From Abditibacteriaceae bacterium (lineage in GTDB: Bacteria > Armatimonadota > Abditibacteriia > Abditibacteriales > Abditibacteriaceae): a stretch of DNA of 39,964 nucleotides. How positions within the stretch are numbered: position 1 is the first letter of the stretch; the number at the start of each line of letters is the position of its first letter. The notes below the pieces were generated by a model, which was not told the DNA's origin, did not search any database, and saw only the letters and a list, made by a program, of their open reading frames with translations. The translations under genes and the position numbers were made by a program. Of the stretch, positions 17,983 to 26,529 are shown one piece after another. The stretch is from positions 1 through 39,964 of the forward strand of contig JANMKN010000049.1 of the NCBI GenBank assembly GCA_031372065.1. The letters run 5' to 3'.

Positions 17983-18096
17983 GATAGCCCACACCCAACC
18001 TGCACTGCGAATTTCTATAGCGTTTAACTGTTAGAATGCCGGACGTAACGCTCAGAATACTGGAAATAGACCTACTTTTCGCTCTTTAACGGTTTC

Positions 18097-18301
18097 GCGC
18101 TAATTTTAACCCGACTTGCTCCCTATTAGTTGTGCCGCAGAAACCCCCATCCACCTTCCCCCGGCAGGGGAAGAGTTACGCTCAGGGAGGCTAAATTCGA
18201 CTTTCACAGGCGTAGCTCTTCCCCTGCCGGGGGAAGGCGGATGGGGGTGTAAGACGGGCGGGCAATTACGATTCGATAGGGAGCAAGTTGCGCTAATTTT
18301 A
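18097..18301. mobile_element. MITE-like nested inverted-repeat element with 12-bp flanking direct repeats
   Basis: Inner 39-bp IR 18143-18181/18210-18248 (2 mismatches); outer perfect 13-bp IR 18114-18126/18276-18288; gcgctaatttta at 18097-18108 and 18290-18301. Confidence 0.65.
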
Positions 18302-18325
18302 CTGTTTTCGCGCGCTTTTGAGGGG

Positions 18326-18613
18326 TCATTTATTGCCGCGAGCGCAGACAAACACCAAGCCAAATAAGGCGCCACCAAACATCGTCAGGCCAACCGACAT
18401 ATTCGCCGACATTAGGCCGCGCCCATTGGGAAAAACTGAGGGAAACAGCATATTTCCCAATATCAGGCACCAAAATCTTGCTAAAAGATGAAAAGAGACG
18501 CCGCCGATTACCATTGCGGCAAGGGCGCGCGGTAGTAAAACGCGCAAGGGCAGCGGACTGGTTTTGTCCGCTGCCCTTGCTTTGTTTTCGGGATGAATTT
18601 CGCCTTCGGTCAT
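18326..18613 (-). CDS. Small two-TM hypothetical membrane protein
   Basis: ATGA overlap with the glgC stop; two hydrophobic helices. Confidence 0.6.
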   Translation of the reverse strand: MTEGEIHPENKARAADKTSPLPLRVLLPRALAAMVIGGVSFHLLARFWCLILGNMLFPSVFPNGRGLMSANMSVGLTMFGGALFGLVFVCARGNK

Positions 18614-20049
18614 TTCATAATCAGGCCGCTGGGCAAAACGACGACGCCTTCGGCACTGACGGTGAAACGTTTGCGGTCTTCTTCGGGGTCTTCGCCGATG
18701 ACGGTGCCAGCGGGAATTTTGACGTGCTTATCTATAATCGCGTTTTTTATGCGGCAATTGCGGCCAATTTCTACGTCGTCGAACAGAATACTGCCCTCGA
18801 CTTCTGCCCACGAATGCAAAAAGCAGCGCGGCCCAAGAATGCTGCGCCGCGTTGTGGCGCCGCTGATAATCACGCCGGTTGCCAAAAGCGAATCTTCGAC
18901 AATGGCGGGCCGCGCCGGGCCGCTTTCGGTGTAATCGGCGGCGTAAGACAGCGTTTTAGCGCACGGGCCGGGCTGATTGCGACGGTGAATGGGCCATTCG
19001 TCGTCGTATAGATTGAACAGCGGATTCAGGCTGGTCAAATCCATATTGGCGTCGTAATAGGAAGCGATGGTTCCAATGTCGCGCCAGTAAACTTCGCGGC
19101 CCTTGTTTTCATCCACGAACGGATAAGCGAAAACGCGTTCACCTTCTTTGACCATCGTCGGGATGATGTCTTTGCCGAAATCGTGTTCGGTGTCCTGCTT
19201 CATATCGGCGATGAGTTGGCGCACCAAAACTTCGGTGTTGAAAATATAAACGCCCATCGAACCGTAGGAAAATTCTTCGTCGCCGGGAATGGCGGGCGGG
19301 TTCTTCGGCTTTTCCACGAAAGCGGTAATGCGGCCACTGGCATCAGCGCCAGCGATGCCAAAACGCGAGGCTTCAGCTTTGGGGACTTTGGTGCAGGAAA
19401 CCGTTAGCGCGGCGTCGTTTTTCAGATGAAAATCCAACATTTTGGCGTAATCCATCTTGTAAATGTGGTCGCCGCTGAGAATGACGACGTATTTCGGGCG
19501 CTCCTGTTGGAGCATATAAATGTTCTGAAAAATCGCGTCGGCGGTGCCTTCATACCAACGCTTCACGCTGCGTTGCTGCGGCGGAATCACATCAATATAT
19601 TCGCCGAAAACCGGGTTGAAAAGCGGATTCCACACGTCTTGAATGTGGCGCTGCAATGAAAACGATTTGTATTGCGTTAGCACCAAAACGCGACGCATTC
19701 CGCTGTTGATAGTGTTGGAAAGACCAAAATCAATAATGCGATACACGCCGCCGACAGGCACAGCGGGTTTGGCGCGGTCACGCGTGAGAGGATATAATCG
19801 CTCGCCTTGACCACCGGCCAAAAGCATGACCAGAGTTTGCTGAAGCGATGATTCACGACCCCGCGCCTCAATGCCGCGTGCAATCGAAGGCGCGTAGCGG
19901 ATTTCTCCAGGGCGCGCCCATGCATCTACCGGGCTGTCGGTGGCAGGTTGCGCTGGCATATCTGCCGGGCTGGCATAAATGCCGAAATCAAAATCGGCCT
20001 GCACTTCATTGTTCATTCCATCTACTGCGTTTTCAGATTGATTGTTCAT
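18610..20049 (-). CDS. glgC: Glucose-1-phosphate adenylyltransferase
   Basis: LAGGQGERLYPLTRDRAKPAVP, WYEGTADA, SGDHIYKMDY, FVEKP, DFGKDIIP, YWRDIGT; N-terminal extension of about 70 aa. Confidence 0.97.
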   Translation of the reverse strand: MNNQSENAVDGMNNEVQADFDFGIYASPADMPAQPATDSPVDAWARPGEIRYAPSIARGIEARGRESSLQQTLVMLLAGGQGERLYPLTRDRAKPAVPVGGVYRIIDFGLSNTINSGMRRVLVLTQYKSFSLQRHIQDVWNPLFNPVFGEYIDVIPPQQRSVKRWYEGTADAIFQNIYMLQQERPKYVVILSGDHIYKMDYAKMLDFHLKNDAALTVSCTKVPKAEASRFGIAGADASGRITAFVEKPKNPPAIPGDEEFSYGSMGVYIFNTEVLVRQLIADMKQDTEHDFGKDIIPTMVKEGERVFAYPFVDENKGREVYWRDIGTIASYYDANMDLTSLNPLFNLYDDEWPIHRRNQPGPCAKTLSYAADYTESGPARPAIVEDSLLATGVIISGATTRRSILGPRCFLHSWAEVEGSILFDDVEIGRNCRIKNAIIDKHVKIPAGTVIGEDPEEDRKRFTVSAEGVVVLPSGLIMK

Positions 20050-20060
20050 GGCAGTGGGGG

Positions 20061-20146
20061 GAGTGAAAAAGTGAAGAGTGAAGAGTAAAAAGTGAAAAGT
20101 AAGCGGCAGTTACTTTTAAATTTTTACTCTTAACTCTTCACTTTTC
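20061..20146. repeat. Inverted heptamer (GAGTGAA/TTCACTC) array
   Basis: gagtgaa aaagtgaa gagtgaa gagtaaa aagtgaa aagtaa, short spacer, then inverted tactctt aactctt cactttt. Confidence 0.85.
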
Positions 20147-20147
20147 C

Positions 20148-20507
20148 CTACTTATTCAAAAGTTCTTTGATTTTGTTCATCAAGGTGCTAAGGTCGCCGC
20201 TTTTAACGACGTAGGCATCGGCTGACCACGCGGTGAACGAATCCTGATAACTCGGATAGGCCGTGTTGATGATGACCGGAATCTGGCGGTTGATTTCCAG
20301 CAGATGATTGAGCGTGTCCAAGCCATCCATGCCGGGCATATTGATGTCCATCACAATGAGATCAAGTTGCTGTTCGCGCGCGATGCCCAGTGCGTCACGG
20401 CCATTGGCAGCGCTTAAGACGTTGTAGCCTTCGCACTTCAATTCCTCCGCGTAAAGTTCGCGCTGATTGATGTCGTCTTCCACCACAAGGACGGTTTTCT
20501 GTTCCAT
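20148..20507 (-). CDS. Single-domain response regulator (receiver only)
   Basis: VLVVEDD, MDINMPGMDG, NTAY, WSADAYVVKS; no output domain; GAGG RBS. Confidence 0.95.
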   Translation of the reverse strand: MEQKTVLVVEDDINQRELYAEELKCEGYNVLSAANGRDALGIAREQQLDLIVMDINMPGMDGLDTLNHLLEINRQIPVIINTAYPSYQDSFTAWSADAYVVKSGDLSTLMNKIKELLNK

Positions 20508-20646
20508 TTTTGCCTCTTTCTCCGTTTCTGCTCCACTGCGTGATTTGCACACAGAATGCAAATACTGTTATGCAAATAGCTTGACTGACGGGCGTAGTTT
20601 AACAGCGCCTTGCAAGCCAGTGGGTTGTTATCGGGAGAAGATTTCT

Positions 20647-23600
20647 TTAAAACGTTGCTTCTTCATTATTTTCGGGCTTTTCGATCTCTTCGGGCAACGA
20701 GCGCAATGGCAAAAGCAGCACAAAAGTTGTGCCTTCGCCTTGTTGTGACTCCACTGAAATTTCGCCGCCGTGATCTTGCACAATGCGCCGCGTGACCGAA
20801 AGTCCGAGGCCCGAACCGCTCAGGCGTGTCGAGAAAAACGGATCGAAAACTTGCTTTAATGCTTGGGCCGAAATGCCTCGCCCTTCGTCGCGCACTTCAA
20901 TTTCGATGAGTGGTGGCGCGTCGGGGCGCGCTATCAATACCGATTCGGGCGGCGCGCTAATGCGAGTGGACAAATGAACAATGCCGCCAGCTTTATCGGA
21001 CATGGACTGCGCTGCATTGCGGATCAGGTTCAGCAACGCTTGCAAAATCCGGCTGCGATCTACCAAAGTCGGCGGCAAATCGCCGAAATCTTTGACGACT
21101 TCCGCTTTATTGGCGCGAATATCGGCATCGGCTAATAGGAGGGCGCGTTCAACGATTTCGTTGATTTGCTGCGGTTCCAAATTCAAGGGCCGCGCTTTTG
21201 CCATGCCCAGCACATCCGTGAGCAAGCCTTCGAGACGATTGACTTCTTCGACAATTATACCCGCCTTGCGCATGACCGAAGATGGGTCGTTCGGACTCCG
21301 TTGAAGATTATGTGCCCAGCCGCCGATGGTCGCCAGCGGATTACGAATCTCGTGACTAATGCGCGCCGCTAATTCGCCGATGACGACCAAACGGTCAGCC
21401 GCCAACAAATCGTTTTGCGCCCTTTGCAGCGCGCGATAAGTGCGGGCGTTATCAATGGCAAGGCCAGCCTGATGCGCCAGCGTTTCCAGCGTTTGCAGAG
21501 CTTGATGGTCAATCGGAGTGCCAGCATACAGGTTGTCGGCTAACACGGCCCCCACAACGCGATCTTTGGCAACCAGCGGCGCGATGGCGATTTCCGGCGC
21601 CGTGAAAAGCTCCCTCGCCATTAAATACTCGCGGCAGAATTCCTCGTCGCGGCGCGCGGCGGCACCATCATCGTCTGCTTCCGCGTGCGATGCAAAAGAC
21701 GTAAAAACCGATTCCGGCTTCAAGAACATCTCATCGGGCGTGACTTTTAAAGCGCGGCCCTCACGAATTACGGTTGCCAGAGCGGGTAGGGTCGGGTTGG
21801 ACAAATCAAGCGTCATGTCGGCGACGCGCTCTTGCAAAGGTGTGCGCGGCGCATCAACCGGCGATTCCTTAAGCAATTCCTGAAGGCTCACTTGTTGTTG
21901 CGAAAGTTCCCACCAAATACGTTGCGCTTCTTCGTAGGAGGAAGGGCCAAGCGCTCTGGCCGCGCGCAATAAATCGCCGTGTTCTTCGCGCAAAAAAACA
22001 AAGGCGCGATTAAAGCCCAGAGCCGAGCCGGCGGTCATGCAAGTCAAGACGGCGTGCAACACGGTATCCACATCTAACGAGGACTGAAAAAGGCGCCCGG
22101 TTTCGTTCATCAGGCGCATTTCCTGCTCGCGCCGCCAGCGCGCTGTGACGTTAATCATCAGCAACGCGACTTGCGGTTCGCCGCGAAAGTAAATGCGGAA
22201 CATTCGCACGTCGAAGACCAAACCATAATCGGGTTGCCCGTGGGGGCGCACGCGCACATGAACGTCTTGCAATTCGTGTGAAATGCCTGTCGCGCGCACT
22301 TCGCGTATGATTTCGCGCAGATTATGGCGTGCCATCGCTTCGCCGAGGAATTCGTCCAACGAGTGCCCCAATACGTCGCCGCGCTCCATGCGCATGGTTT
22401 GCAAAAAGCGCTCATTGACCACGCGAATCGTTTCGCCCCAGCCGGTGACGGCCAGCGAATGCAGCATGGTATTGGTCAGCGATTGATGAAACTCGGACAA
22501 GTCGCGCATTTCGCGCAATACGCGGCAGGCTTGCAGATGGCCGGCCATAATGCCCGCCACGGTTTGCAGGGCAGTGGCATCGCGCAGTTCAAAGGCGTTT
22601 TCAATGGTGGCTTGCAGGCTGATAACGCCGATAACAGCCGCTTCTACCATCATGGGCACGCACAATTGCGAAGTCGCATCGCGATGCGTGCCGGGCGGAC
22701 GCACATAGCGTTCATCCTGCGTCACCTCGCGCTCCACCAAAACCACATCGCCACTTTTGGCAGCGGCGCCGACCAAGCCTTGCACAAAAAGATGACGCGT
22801 GCCCAAATGAGGTGCGAGTCCGCTGCCGCCAGCTTGGGCCGCCACAATCAAATCGCCACATTCGTCGGGCGTCGAAGGTTGCGTGCGTGGTGTCGCGCGA
22901 CTTTCCAACAAGTCGGCGTAGTCGTGCTCGCACAAATAAATCGACGCATCGCAATCGGCAAAATGCGTTTGTATTGCTTGCGCCACGCTGTGCAGAAAAT
23001 CGGAAATGCTGCCATCGCCAGAGAGATTGATTTCCTGCGGAATTTGTGAGGTCGCCAAGGAAGTCATCAGCGTGGCGGAGCGTATGTTTTCGAGGCTGCA
23101 TTTGCCAATGGTGTTGACCAGTGATAAATGCTGGGCGCGGCGTTGCTCTTGCAAAAACAGTGAGCGAAAACTTTCCTGACTTTGCAGCAATTCGCGCGTG
23201 CGTTCGGCCACGCGAGTTTCCAGTTGATCGGCGTAATCGCGCAGTTCGCGCTGCATCTGGCGCAGTTGCGTGATGTCGCGCATGATAATCTGCGCCACAC
23301 CGCCTAATCCTTCGATTTGCGACCAATTGCACGACAGCGAAACCGGCACCGTCAAGCCGTCCGCGCGCCGCACGGTCATGTCTTCCACGCGCACATTGGC
23401 GGTGCCCGCCTGATGCTCAACCAGCCATTGCGCTTGTTCGCGATGTTCGGGAGTAAAAATCTCGGCGAACGGCATATCCAGCAAGGCGTTGCGCTCGCAG
23501 CCTATGAGCCGCGCGCACTGCATATTGGCTTCGATGACGAGGCCTTCGCCCGGACGAAAGGAAAGAATCGCTTCGCTGGCGTTTTCAAAGAGCGCGAAGT

Positions 23601-24057
23601 ATTTGGTTTCCGAAACGCGCCAACGTTCGTCGCGCTGGCTTTGATAAGAACTGGTGAGGGTCAATTCCAGTTCGCCGAACTGCTCGTCTATAATTTCGAT
23701 CATGCGCCGCGATACACCCGGCTCTTCGGCAAATTGGCGCCCGACCATTTTGTGCAGAATTTGCCGGTGCATGGCGATAATACGCAGCATTTGCACGGCG
23801 GCAATATTTTGGCGAAATCGCTCGGAAGCGCGCTGGCCAAAATAAACAAAAGCGCGCCGGTCACCCGGATCGGCGATGTTGCGAATTAACAACGTCATCA
23901 ACGTGCCAACGGATTGTTGATAATCGTGGTTATGCGACATCGCCCGCAATTCATCGAGATCAGGCGAGCTTTGCACCTGCGTCATCAAACGCCGCAAAAT
24001 GGCATCATGGCGCTTTTGCAAGTAACCGGCGAGTAACTCACGAACGGGGAGGGACAT
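20647..24057 (-). CDS. Cytoplasmic multi-sensor PAS/GAF histidine kinase
   Basis: Helical N-domain, PAS (LFENASEAI...RDIT), GAF, PAS, GAF (GFNRAFVFL...ADN), SHEIRNPL, NLIRNA, DEGRG, GSGLGL; no TM segment. Confidence 0.95.
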   Translation of the reverse strand: MSLPVRELLAGYLQKRHDAILRRLMTQVQSSPDLDELRAMSHNHDYQQSVGTLMTLLIRNIADPGDRRAFVYFGQRASERFRQNIAAVQMLRIIAMHRQILHKMVGRQFAEEPGVSRRMIEIIDEQFGELELTLTSSYQSQRDERWRVSETKYFALFENASEAILSFRPGEGLVIEANMQCARLIGCERNALLDMPFAEIFTPEHREQAQWLVEHQAGTANVRVEDMTVRRADGLTVPVSLSCNWSQIEGLGGVAQIIMRDITQLRQMQRELRDYADQLETRVAERTRELLQSQESFRSLFLQEQRRAQHLSLVNTIGKCSLENIRSATLMTSLATSQIPQEINLSGDGSISDFLHSVAQAIQTHFADCDASIYLCEHDYADLLESRATPRTQPSTPDECGDLIVAAQAGGSGLAPHLGTRHLFVQGLVGAAAKSGDVVLVEREVTQDERYVRPPGTHRDATSQLCVPMMVEAAVIGVISLQATIENAFELRDATALQTVAGIMAGHLQACRVLREMRDLSEFHQSLTNTMLHSLAVTGWGETIRVVNERFLQTMRMERGDVLGHSLDEFLGEAMARHNLREIIREVRATGISHELQDVHVRVRPHGQPDYGLVFDVRMFRIYFRGEPQVALLMINVTARWRREQEMRLMNETGRLFQSSLDVDTVLHAVLTCMTAGSALGFNRAFVFLREEHGDLLRAARALGPSSYEEAQRIWWELSQQQVSLQELLKESPVDAPRTPLQERVADMTLDLSNPTLPALATVIREGRALKVTPDEMFLKPESVFTSFASHAEADDDGAAARRDEEFCREYLMARELFTAPEIAIAPLVAKDRVVGAVLADNLYAGTPIDHQALQTLETLAHQAGLAIDNARTYRALQRAQNDLLAADRLVVIGELAARISHEIRNPLATIGGWAHNLQRSPNDPSSVMRKAGIIVEEVNRLEGLLTDVLGMAKARPLNLEPQQINEIVERALLLADADIRANKAEVVKDFGDLPPTLVDRSRILQALLNLIRNAAQSMSDKAGGIVHLSTRISAPPESVLIARPDAPPLIEIEVRDEGRGISAQALKQVFDPFFSTRLSGSGLGLSVTRRIVQDHGGEISVESQQGEGTTFVLLLPLRSLPEEIEKPENNEEATF

Positions 24058-24103
24058 TTTGAGTTTTGCGTTTTGAGTTGAAACAGATTTTTAACTCAAA
24101 ACT
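24057..24103. repeat. Inverted heptamer (TTTTGAG/CTCAAAA) array
   Basis: ttttgag ttttgcg ttttgag tt ... aactcaaaact; abuts the kinase start codon. Confidence 0.75.
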
Positions 24104-24109
24104 GCCGTT

Positions 24110-25120
24110 TCATTCTGCGTCGCGCAAAAACTGGGTGGCGGATTCGGGCGAAACGGGATTGATGTAAAATCCCGTGCCCCATTCGAAACCGGCGACGCTG
24201 GTCAAGCGCGGCAAAATATCAATGTGCCAGCAGAAATCTTTTTCGATGGTGCCCAAATAAGGCTGCACGAACGGCGCGGTTTGCAGCATCATGTTGTAAG
24301 CCGGGCCATTGAGCGCCTTTTTGTAGCGCCGTAAGGTGCGCGATAGCACATCGCCCAAAGATTCCATTTCCACTTCGGAGATTAATGTGAAATCGTGGCA
24401 CTGGCGGCGCGGAAAAATTTTCACTTCAAACGGAAAGCGCGCCGCAAAAGGCGAAAGCACGATGAAATGCTCGTTTTGCTCGACGATGCGCTCGCCCGAT
24501 TCCAGTTCCTGACGCAATACATCCGCGTAAAGACAACGCTCTTTGCGTTCATAATAATCGCGCGCAGCTTCGAGTTCTTCTTTGATGAGTTTGGGCAAAA
24601 TCGGCACCGTCATCACTTGCGAATGCGGATGCGAAAGCGTGGCCCCGGCCTGCGCGCCGACATTGCGAAACACAATGACATAGCGATAACGTTTGTCTTC
24701 GCGCAGGGCATTGATACGCGCCACATAAGCCTGCAAGACCAGATTCATCTCGTCGCCTTGCGCTTGATCGAAATCCCAATCGCCATCGGGATGCTCAATG
24801 ATAACTTCATGCGCACCGACGCCATTTGCCATGTCGAACATCCCGACGCCTTTGGGGTCAAGCTCGCCTTCGACGGAGAGCGCGGGAAACTTGTTGGGCA
24901 CTACGCGCACTTGCCAGCCCGACGAATTGGGCGCCGCACCGTCGGGGCGTCCCCACGCCGCCACTTCGGGTGGCGTGCGCCCTTCGTTGCCGGGCGCAAA
25001 CGGGTCGAAGGCGCCCTTGAGTGGGTCGGGCGTGCGGTTGAAATCAGTCGGACGCCGTCCCCGTTCGGCGGCGATAATCACCCAGCGATCAATAATTGGG
25101 TCTTTGCGTAATTCGGACAT
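24110..25120 (-). CDS. galT: GalT family hexose-1-phosphate nucleotidyltransferase
   Basis: ELRKDP...WVIIAAERGRRP, VVPNKFPAL, GAHEVIIE, GATLSHPHSQ (HxHxQ), AGFEWGTG. Substrate uncertain. Confidence 0.9.
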   Translation of the reverse strand: MSELRKDPIIDRWVIIAAERGRRPTDFNRTPDPLKGAFDPFAPGNEGRTPPEVAAWGRPDGAAPNSSGWQVRVVPNKFPALSVEGELDPKGVGMFDMANGVGAHEVIIEHPDGDWDFDQAQGDEMNLVLQAYVARINALREDKRYRYVIVFRNVGAQAGATLSHPHSQVMTVPILPKLIKEELEAARDYYERKERCLYADVLRQELESGERIVEQNEHFIVLSPFAARFPFEVKIFPRRQCHDFTLISEVEMESLGDVLSRTLRRYKKALNGPAYNMMLQTAPFVQPYLGTIEKDFCWHIDILPRLTSVAGFEWGTGFYINPVSPESATQFLRDAE

Positions 25121-25309
25121 GAAAGAAACTCTTTCCTAAAATTGTGATTTGTCGCTTGAAATCTTATCACGCCACGTTTTCTGCTGCGTTAATTGATGTT
25201 TATGCGAGTATTCTTTCTCCTCCTCACCACAGACGGCGCAGAAGAAAATGCAACAAGAAGCGCGCCAAACCGATGGACGAATCTTCCGCCCCTAATTTGC
25301 CGCAAAAAT

Positions 25310-25345
25310 AAAACGCCCCGCGAAAATTGATTCGTGGGGCGTTTT
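25310..25345. repeat. 36-bp terminator-like hairpin, copy 1
   Basis: aaaacgccccgcgaaaattgattcgtggggcgtttt, identical to 25891-25926. Confidence 0.9.
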
Positions 25346-25530
25346 ATGAATGGATGCGCCATAAACGGCTAAACTCATCGCAGTTTGTAAAAGTGTCAGC
25401 GACTAAGACACCGTTTGCATCCTGCACCCTTACTAATTTGTAAGTCCTAAAGACGCCTTTCGGTTTTGCAAATGCGATATTGTGTTGCGCTCCGTTTACA
25501 CGATGGCATAATAGAAATAGAGGTAATCCG

Positions 25531-25821
25531 ATGAAGTTTGTTGTGGTTGGCACCCGGCAGGGCAAAAAGGCTTTCGATTGGCTCACCATGTTTCGGTGGG
25601 CTGTTTTTCAATTTGTAGCAGTCACGCTTGTTCTTTTGATTTTTACCACCATCACAGGTTTGCCTTACGATGAATCCGCTCATTGGATTGATCGTGTTCA
25701 GAACCGGCATATTTTAAAGCTTTCTTTGTCAGGAGGTTTGGGAGCAGTGATTGGTCTTTTAATCTCGCAATGGATGCGTTTTAAAAGCACGCCTGCTGAC
25801 AAATTACCTCCGCTGGATTGA
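25531..25821 (+). CDS. Small two-TM hypothetical membrane protein
   Basis: Extended -10 TGgCATAAT and GAGGT RBS upstream; two hydrophobic helices. Confidence 0.65.
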   Translation: MKFVVVGTRQGKKAFDWLTMFRWAVFQFVAVTLVLLIFTTITGLPYDESAHWIDRVQNRHILKLSLSGGLGAVIGLLISQWMRFKSTPADKLPPLD

Positions 25822-25890
25822 AACATTTCACGCACGACAAAGCTGATTGAAACCCGCTTGTAGCTGGTTAGGCTTACTTGCTATAAGCAA

Positions 25891-25926
25891 AAAACGCCCC
25901 GCGAAAATTGATTCGTGGGGCGTTTT
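25891..25926. repeat. 36-bp terminator-like hairpin, copy 2
   Basis: Identical to 25310-25345; followed by extra T residues. Confidence 0.9.
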
Positions 25927-26086
25927 TTCGTCGGGGCACGCTATGGCGTGGCCGTTGTGCCAGTCAAAGCCGCTTTGCGTTCGATGTGGGCGGCGGTTTG
26001 GCGATGGGCGCGCACGATTTTGAGGTGCTTGGCCCTTTTTGTGGCCCTGAAACTGCCCTGATAAGCGGCGCACAGGAGTGAAAATC

Positions 26087-26389
26087 ATGGTTGAAGTTGC
26101 ACTTTGGGTAATGTTGAAAGCCAAGCCGGGCAAGGAAGACGAATTAGCGCAGTTTTTGGCGAGCGCCACGCCGTTGGTTGAAGCCGAGCCGGACACAATT
26201 GCATGGTTCGCCATCAAAATTGGGCCGAGCACTTTTGGAATTTTCGATGTCTTTCCCGATGACGCCGGACGGCAGGCGCATTTGGCCGGCAAAGTCGCTG
26301 CCGGGTTGATGGAAAAAGCGCCGGAACTGCTTTCCGAGCCGCCCAGCATTGAACAAATTGATGTCTTAGCGGCCAAATTGCCTGCATAA
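26087..26389 (+). CDS. Antibiotic biosynthesis monooxygenase (ABM) family protein
   Basis: LKAKPGKE...EPDTIAWFA...FGIFDVF...GRQAHLAG; AGGAG RBS. Confidence 0.9.
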   Translation: MVEVALWVMLKAKPGKEDELAQFLASATPLVEAEPDTIAWFAIKIGPSTFGIFDVFPDDAGRQAHLAGKVAAGLMEKAPELLSEPPSIEQIDVLAAKLPA

Positions 26390-26400
26390 AGCTTCAAAAC

Positions 26401-26433
26401 AAAACGCCCCGCGAAAATTTGCGGGGCGTTTTT
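26401..26433 (+). terminator. Intrinsic terminator, variant copy 3 of the hairpin
   Basis: aaaacgccccgcgaaaatttgcggggcgttttt, 11 nt after the ABM stop; first 19 nt identical to copies 1 and 2. Confidence 0.85.
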
Positions 26434-26529
26434 ATGGATGGGACGCCCGCGCTCCCTCTAAGCAAGATGCCTCAAGCGGGCGCGGTTCGCGCCTATTAAA
26501 CTGGAAATCTCGAAGGATAAATCCCACTC

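Noticed and set aside
17531..17998. Cys-rich RiPP precursor or metallothionein
   Set aside because: Cys periodicity follows from the 21-bp repeat; the ORF overlaps dapF antisense and no maturation enzymes are nearby.
20543..20585. Sigma54 promoter
   Set aside because: TTGC is present but the -24 GG is not at the required spacing.
25190..25311. Small gene upstream of hairpin copy 1
   Set aside because: One frame ends at the hairpin but has no convincing start or RBS; at most a remnant.
25310..26433. CRISPR array from the 36-bp palindromic repeats
   Set aside because: Spacings are over 500 bp and contain genes; no cas genes in the window.
25310..26433. Integron attC sites
   Set aside because: No RYYYAAC/GTTRRRY ends and no integrase in the window.
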